Positions 34,896-42,672 of a DNA stretch of 42,672 nucleotides are shown one piece after another. The translations under genes and the position numbers were made by a program. The stretch is taken from NCBI RefSeq assembly GCF_006345805.1, contig NW_021835295.1:1-42672 (forward strand), read 5' to 3'. Within the stretch, counting starts at the first letter, position 1; each line of letters starts with the position of its first letter. Below the pieces are notes generated by a model, which worked only from the letters and a program-made list of their open reading frames with translations, was not told the origin of the DNA and searched no databases. The DNA comes from Octopus sinensis (taxonomy: Eukaryota).

Positions 34896-35144
34896 CGCAC
34901 ACACGGATACGCACTCTCTATCACACACGCACACACACATACACACACACAATACTTTAAGAAGAAGACAGGAACTTCAAAGTTTTCGCTCTGCTAGCCT
35001 TCGTTGCGCAGTCCGTAAAAATACAATAAGTATGAACTCTACAAAAGATTTTGAGTATATCTTCAATTTAATGTTTAATGTTAAATTGTTTTTATCATAA
35101 CTCGACACAGAAGCAAACATTAATTATATATATATATATAGATA

Positions 35145-35210
<66 letters not shown>

Positions 35211-35317
35211 TATATATATAACATATATATACATACATATATATACATATATATATATATACATATATATATATGTAATATATATATATGCATTTATATA
35301 TATAATGATATTTTATG

Positions 35318-35444
<127 letters not shown>

Positions 35445-35627
35445 AGATATATATATATATATATATGTAATATGTATTATATATATTATACTTATATACA
35501 AACACATACATGCACACACACACACTTCTAAACGGAAGATTAGTAAAAAACATGTAACACCTATTAGAAATTCTGCAGACAGATGAAGCAATAATATGAT
35601 CATAACCCCGTCTGCATACTATTATAT

Positions 35628-35671
<44 letters not shown>

Positions 35672-36226
35672 CTTCCTATCATCTATCAATCAACATGAGG
35701 CTTCTCTTTGGAAAAATATGATAAACCAACAAACAACACCAGCAACCCTAACAGCCTAAAAAACTTGCACACATACATTCAAAGCTAAACTCAGTCCCGA
35801 GAGGAATCAAAACTATCCGCGATATCAACACGCATCTTAGTTTTTTTTAGGCTACAAAGTTTTACGAACTGTAACATAAATTCTGATGGCTTCTTAAGTA
35901 ACCGTGATATCAGCCGGAAACTTCGCTGGTTTCCTTTCAATTAGTTTGTAGTTAGAACTAGAATTTTCCAGAAACAATGAACTGCTGTTCCTTTGGGAAT
36001 ATATTTCGGTATTGGTCGATATGGTTTTTTTCTTTTATTTTTTTTTCTAATTATGTTTTATTTTATTGTCTTAAAAAATAAACCTTCGTGTGTGTGCGTG
36101 TATATATATATATAATATATAATATATATATATATATAATATATATATATTATGTTTTCGCTCAATAAACACACACAAATTATGTTTTATTTTATTGTCT
36201 TAAAAAATAAACCTTCGTGTGTGTGC

Positions 36227-36298
<72 letters not shown>

Positions 36299-36300
<2 letters not shown>

Positions 36301-36700
36301 TTTCTCTCTTTTACTTGTTTCAGTCATTTGACTGCGGCCATGCTGAGCCACCGCCTTTAGTCGAGCAAATCGACCCCGGGACTTATTCTTTGTAAGCCCA
36401 TACTTATTCTATCTCGTCTCTTTTGCCGAACCGCTATTGACGGGGACGTAAACACACCAGCATCGGTTGTCAAGCAATGCTAGGGGGACAAACACAGACA
36501 CACAAACACACGCATACATATATATATATATATACGACAGGCTTCTTTCAGTTTCCGTCTATCAAATCCACTCACAAGGCATTGGTCGGCCCCGGGCTAT
36601 AGCAGAAGAACACTTTGCCCAAGGTGCCACGCAGTGGGACTGAACCCGGAACCATGAGGTTTGGTTAGCAAGCTACTTACCACACAGCCACTCCTGCGCC
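36299..36700 (-). mobile_element. Full-length type B SINE
   Basis: Ends ACTCCTGCGCC (reverse complement of head); all internal motifs present. Confidence 0.9.
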
Positions 36701-36736
36701 TATATATATATATATATATAATATATATATTATGTT

Positions 36737-37095
36737 TTCGCTCAATAAACACACAACAACGCCCGGTCTGGAAATCGAAACCGCGATCTTCCTACCGCGA
36801 GTCCGCTGCCCTAACCACTGGGCAGTGGACTCGCGGTCGGAGGATCGCGGTTTCGATTTCCAGACCGGGCGTTGTGTGTGTTTATTGAGCGAAACACATA
36901 AAAGTTTTTCACGAGGTTCCGGCAGGGGATGGTGGTGACCCCTGTTGTACTCTTTCGCCACAACCTTCTCTCACTCTCTCTCTTCCTGTTTCTTGAGTAA
37001 CGCTGTGATTGACTGGAGTCCCGTCCAGCTGGGGGAAACACCTACGCCACAGAAACCGGGAAACCAGGCCCATGAGCTGGCTAGGCTTGAAAAGA
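36737..37095 (+). mobile_element. SINE, head type D with tail 1, with an inverted duplication of its head
   Basis: 36820-37095 homologous to 14411-14712; 36737-36811 is its reverse complement. Confidence 0.85.
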
Positions 37096-37379
37096 TCGAC
37101 GTTTATCGTTATATACATATATATTTATATATACATTTATATATACATATATTTATACATATGTATGCATGTATATATGCATAGATATGTATCCACACAC
37201 ACACGCACGTGTTGTGTTTAAAAACACAATATACAGTGGAGGCAGAACAAAATTGTTCTAGCTGCTGCTGTTGGTGTGCGTGCTGAATTTGGTCCCTGTG
37301 ATCCATCTACATTACGTATGATACATAGATGGCTATTGTAATCTAATACTGCTTCTGTATATCTTTTATCTTTTGTTTC

Positions 37380-37560
37380 ATGTATTAGGTTGCGGCCATC
37401 CTGGGAAACCGCCTTGAATATTTTTAGTCGAATAAATCTACAGCAGTACTTAGTTTTTAAAGCCTGATACTTATTTTCTATCGTCTCTTTTGCTGCACCG
37501 CTAGGCTACGTGAACGCAAACAACACCAATATCGGTTGTCGAGGACAAATACAAAGACAC
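37380..37560 (-). mobile_element. Type B SINE 3' fragment
   Basis: GCGGCCATCCTGGG...TTTAGTCGAAT...CTCTTTTGCTGCACCGCTA motifs. Confidence 0.65.
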
Positions 37561-37643
37561 AACAGACAAATATATATATATATATATATAATATATATAT
37601 ATATTATATATATTATATCTATATATATATATATATATATACA

Positions 37644-37682
<39 letters not shown>

Positions 37683-37769
37683 ATTATATAATATATATAT
37701 ATATACATACATACATAACATACAACATACATACATACATACATATATATAACACTTATATATCATTTC

Positions 37770-38352
37770 TACAAAAGACACAAGGCCTGAAATTTGTGGG
37801 AGAGAACTAGTCGATTGCATTGACCCCAGTATTCAACTGGTACTTTTATTTTCGACCCCGAAAAGTGAGAGGAAAAGTCAACCTCGGCAGAATTTGAAGG
37901 TAGCGGCGGACGAAATACTGCTAAGCATTTCGCCCGGCGTGCTAACGTTTCAGTCAGCTCGCCATCTTGACGTAGTAAATAAATTCTTTTCTACTCTAGG
38001 CACAAGGCTCGAAATTTTTGGTGAGGGGGCCAGTCTATTAGATCGACCCAAGTACGCACTTAATTTAACGACCCCGAGAGGATGAAAGGCAAAGTCGACC
38101 TCGGCGGAATTTGTGCTCAGAACTTAAACATAGAAGAAATACAGCTAAGCACCTATTTCTTTATTACCCACAGAGGGCTAAACACGGAGAGGACAAACAA
38201 GGACAGACAAAGGGATTGATTTGATTACATCGACCCCAGTATGTAACTGGTACTTATTTAATCAACCCTGAAAGGATGAAAGGCGAAGTCGACCTCGCTG
38301 GAATTTGAACTCAGACAGACGAAATACAGCTAAGCATTTCGCCCGCTTGCCG
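37770..38352 (-). mobile_element. Type C SINE trimer
   Basis: Three GTC(A/G)ACCTCG(G/C)..GAATTTG cores with the same junction types as 2268-2870. Confidence 0.85.
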
Positions 38353-38839
38353 CCTTAAGTAACGGCTTAATACCGACTAAGTTAAAGCGGCGACCTGACA
38401 GAGTCTTTAGCACTCTGGACAAAACACTGGACAGCGGACAAAATGCTTGTCCGATAATATTGACAAAATTATTTCATTAAATTCTTCATTATTTTAAAAA
38501 TTAATCAAACGAATTGAGTATATTTCATCAAAAATACGTTAATAAAAGGGTTAACATTATACGAAAGAATAGACAGGATAAACGTATATCACAAGTGACT
38601 TTCTCGCTGTTAAGCAATAAAATAACTCTTTAAGCGTCTTTCTCAATCAATCAATCTATCTTTATTCATCTATCACTCTCATTCTTTTACACATTTATGT
38701 CCTTACTCGGTATTTAACTTCTGCACATTATTCTTTCTCTTTACATCTCTCCCACTCGATAGATATCATGATTAATGGATCATCCGTCCTTATCTCCCTG
38801 TAAAATACTGCGTCCATTAACCAATAAGATTACGTGTAT

Positions 38840-39320
38840 ATCTATGTGTGTGAATGTACGTATGTCAGTTTGTATGTATGCACGTGGATGTATATTTGCA
38901 TGTATGCTGCTCTATGTAAATATGTATGTATGTCTATGTAAGTATGGTGGCCTCTGTATGTATAGCTGTATGGCTGTCTACCTGTTTGTATGTATGTATG
39001 CGTGTATATTTGCAAACATGTTTGCCTATGTATGCATGTATGTATGGGTGTATGTTTGTCTATGTAAGTATGCTGGCCTCTGTATCTATAGCTGTATGGC
39101 TGTCTGCCTCTGGTATGTATGCATGTATATTTGCATGTATGTATGTCTGTATGTGTGACTGCCTATGTATGCATGTATGCATGCGTGGACGTTTACGTAT
39201 GTATGTATATTCGTCTATGTATGTATGCATGTACGTTAGTGTATGTATATATGCTCCTCTATGTATGTACGTACGTACTTATGCAGTATGTACGTAGGTT
39301 TGTCTATGTATGTACCTATG
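38840..39320. repeat. Degenerate (TATG)-derived minisatellite with higher-order duplication of about 128 bp
   Basis: GTCTATGTAAGTATG(G/C)TGGCCTCTGTAT occurs at about 38931 and 39058. Confidence 0.75.
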
Positions 39321-39510
39321 TCCAAGTCTGACTCTTTAACTCGATATATCAGTATATTTGTCAATCGGACTCCATTATCAGCCACGTCTTCAGCCATTTA
39401 TCTAACTGTCCGTCCGTTCATCTACCGACAGAAATGTTTACTGCACTGTTTATTCAGCCAATCTGTGAAATGCATTGATATACACATACATATATACATG
39501 CACATATATA

Positions 39511-39548
<38 letters not shown>

Positions 39549-40029
39549 TATATATATATATATATATGAATAGATAGTTAGATACATAGACAGAGAGATA
39601 GATAGATGGATAGATAGAGATAGAGAGAGAGGGTAGATAAAACCGGATATTTTCACTTCACAAAGAGTCTAAAATGAAAGGAAAAGGGCTATTTCAAGTT
39701 AAGCTATCTAAATATAAGTTTATGATAGCCAAACACAAAGTTAAGTTTTATCTAAATAGACGAATAAAAACTTTGACACAAAATACACATCAAGTTGAAG
39801 GATTAATAAAGAAATAAGGCCTCTCTCTCGTAAAGTGTTAAGATCTTAAAAAGTAACTAAGAAAGCAATATTCATTTCGGCGATGTTTTCGTGGTTGCGT
39901 GAAAGCTGGACTCTTTTATAAGTTTGGCCGGATTTCTTTTTGGAGTGGCCACATCAAACATCCATTTGCCTTGCATTTCTTTCGGATATTATGTGTGTGT
40001 GTGTGTGTGATAGCTATGATTACGTAGAT

Positions 40030-40260
<231 letters not shown>

Positions 40261-40324
40261 TATGTATCTACTTAGCTATCTATATATATACACATAGCAA
40301 TTTATATATATATATACATAACAA

Positions 40325-40707
40325 TTTGTAACGCAGACAGACGAACACTTTTTCATCCAGTATTCGCATGTATTTCTCTAGGTTCTGCATCGTTTAGGAC
40401 GACGAGTGTTCCATTTGATCCGATCAATGGAACGGCCTGCTCGTGAAATTAATGTACAAGAAGCCGAGCACTGCACAGACACGTGTACCGTTAACGTATT
40501 TCTCAGAAAGATTCGGCGTGACACAGAATGTAACAAGACTGGCTCTTTGAATTACAGGTGCAACTCATTTTTGCCAGGTGAATGGACTGGACTGGAGCAA
40601 CGTGAAATAAAAATGTCTTGTTCAGTGGCACAACCTTCCACAGGGTATTGAACTCATGACCTTACGATCGTAAGCCGAATGTCCTAACCACTAAGCCACG
40701 CGCCTTC
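40325..40707 (-). mobile_element. SINE, head type A with tail 3
   Basis: Ends CTAAGCCACGCGCCTTC (reverse complement of head A); tail GACGACGAG...GATCAA...AAATTAATG...CAGACAC shared with 17481-17820. Confidence 0.8.
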
Positions 40708-40829
40708 AGCAAGTCGTATTCAACAGTCAGATGGATGTCAAGAAATGAACCGACCAATGAATAAGCATGAAGAAGTAAACAACCGAAAACAGCCTCGGAA
40801 AACTGGATGCGATTGCACGGTATACAAGA

Positions 40830-41171
40830 GAGCGAGTGAGAGAGAGAGAGATAGATAGATAGAGAGAGAGAGAAAGTGAGTGAGAAAGAGAAAGAGAGAA
40901 GGGAAGAGAGAGGAGAAGAGAGAAAGAGACCAAGAGAGAGAACGAGAAAGAGAAAGAGCGAAAGACAGAGAGATGAAGACAAAGAGAGAGAGAGAGTGAG
41001 CGAGCAAAAGAGGGAGTGGAAGAGAGAGAAGAAGAGAGAGAGAGACAAAGAGAAAAAGAGACAGAGAGAGACCGAGAAAGGGAAAGAAAGAGAGAGAGAA
41101 AGAGTGAGGGAGGAAGAGGGAAAGACAGAAGAGAGAGGGAGAGAGAGAGGGAGGGAGGGAGAAAGAGTGAG

Positions 41172-41202
<31 letters not shown>

Positions 41203-41243
41203 GATAGAGAGAGAGAGATAGAGAGAGAGATAGAGAGATAGAG

Positions 41244-41290
<47 letters not shown>
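40830..41290. repeat. GA-rich purine tract
   Basis: Direct reading. Confidence 0.95.
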
Positions 41291-41519
41291 ACAACTTCTG
41301 AATTGATTCATTGGGAATGATATGCAATTAAAATGTTTCCGAAGCAGAACGTCAGGTTAATAGGATCTAAAAAAACGGTAGTAAAACCGACGAATGAAAA
41401 GAAACGGCAGTAAAAATATAAAATGAGACGACAGTAAAACCGACCAATGACAAAATATCACAAACATATTCTACCATTTGAATGAATTTCGTTTACCATT
41501 CATAAAATAGATATTTAAA

Positions 41520-41760
41520 ATCTGGTACCAGCCTTCCCCTTTCACAGTTTGTTTTATAAAATAAGCCAGTTCGAAGTCACTATCAATAAGACTATAATAT
41601 ATGTAATTCATGTGCGTTTACTCTCCTGGCTCCCTTTTTTAATCTCCTTTCCTCTCTTTCTTGTCTCATCTTGGACTTTCCGCTAATGTACGATGAAGGA
41701 CCATGTCCGAAACGTTATAGTTTTACTCTATATCTTTTTTTTACTTGCTTTGAACATCAG
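41520..41760 (+). mobile_element. Probable Penelope-like 3' terminal (pLTR) relic with a decayed hammerhead
   Basis: ACGATGA-AGGAC-CAT-GTCC-GAAA-CGTT-A at about 41689-41716 after a pyrimidine-rich tract; core lacks the U of CUGAUGA. Confidence 0.45.
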
Positions 41761-41889
41761 CCTAATAATACTAACTGCTAATGTCCATTAGAATTTTGTT
41801 TTCTGTATTTGATTTGCAACACACACATACACTCACACACACTCTCTCTCTCTCACACACACACACACAAAACACAACACACACATATC

Positions 41890-42177
41890 TCACGTGATCA
41901 ACCAGACATCGGACATTCTTATATATCGCTGATTACAATGTCCTTTGCATCAATTTAGTTTTCGAATGATGCCATCCCGCTGGTCAAGCCAGCAGGTCAA
42001 CATTCCCCATATTTGGAAAGCTAGTCCGTTGTAGGGTATCCCTTGATAGCTGTGTAGAATGTAGCAACGTGAAATGAAGTGTATTGCTCAAGAACACAAC
42101 ACACAGCCGCTCTGGGATTCGAAACCATGATCTCACAATTGCGAGTGCAACACGCCTAATCACTAGCCCAGGCGCCT
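41890..42177 (-). mobile_element. SINE, head type A with tail 2
   Basis: Head A central domain (CAACGTGAAATGAAGTGTATTGCTCAAGAACAC) joined to a tail ending GATCACGTGA as in 4377 and 28414. Confidence 0.75.
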
Positions 42178-42539
42178 TTACACACGCACACACACGCACA
42201 CACATTCACACACATACACACACACATAAACCTGCTGACATAGGAATCTGTCAAGGGTTCTAAAATCAGTTTTATCTGAGAAGAAATCATAAATTTTGCC
42301 GTTTTAAATCTCATGGGCGAGGCATGTCCGGACATTTATATTATTTTTGACAGAACAAAGAAGCAAGATTCTTTGAGTTTGCAGAATTCTATCACGAAGA
42401 CATAAATTATTGGCTTTTGCTAAGATCATGCCCACACCTATGTTGGTAATTATTCATAGAGACACACATCTACCCCGACAAAAACGCACACACGCTAACG
42501 TACTTAGGCACTTAAGCACATATATGCACAGAGCATTGC

Positions 42540-42672
42540 TTTCTTTCTTACTTTCTTTCTTTCTTTCGTTCTTTCTCTTTTCTTCTTTCTTTCTCTCTTT
42601 CTCCCTCTCTTTCTTTCTTTGTTTCAAACTTTCCTTCCTTCCTTCCTTCCTTTCTGCCTTCCTTTCTTTCTT
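42540..42672. repeat. (CTTT)n/(CCTT)n pyrimidine tract
   Basis: Direct reading. Confidence 0.95.

Noticed and set aside
40662-41327. 221-aa LS-rich and 101-aa ER-rich ORFs
   Set aside because: Translations of a GA/TC dinucleotide tract

Overview
AT-rich, repeat-saturated eukaryotic DNA whose SINE complement (tRNA-derived heads with shuffled tails, in (TA)n/(TATG)n/(TCTA)n microsatellite fields) looks like an Octopus (coleoid cephalopod) genome; the species is an inference. No complete protein-coding gene is present. Almost all tracked ORFs are microsatellite or SINE read-through. The window holds about 30 SINE copies of four head types, three non-autonomous Helitron-like elements, Penelope-like retroelement relics, mariner and Tigger relics, an R4-type LINE 3' end and a foldback MITE. 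At most there are one or two small minus-strand exons, the best being a 42-nt exon at 31045-31086. The most interesting signal is a repeat family carrying all three conserved hammerhead-ribozyme strands (GAAA, CUGANGA, GUC) in a non-circularly permuted, pseudoknotted order, with compensatory base changes between copies (5837-5914, 25978-26054, truncated copy at 5090-5160). It sits in direct-repeat (retrozyme/pLTR-like) and inverted-repeat contexts. Coordinates were read by eye; diverged repeat boundaries are approximate.
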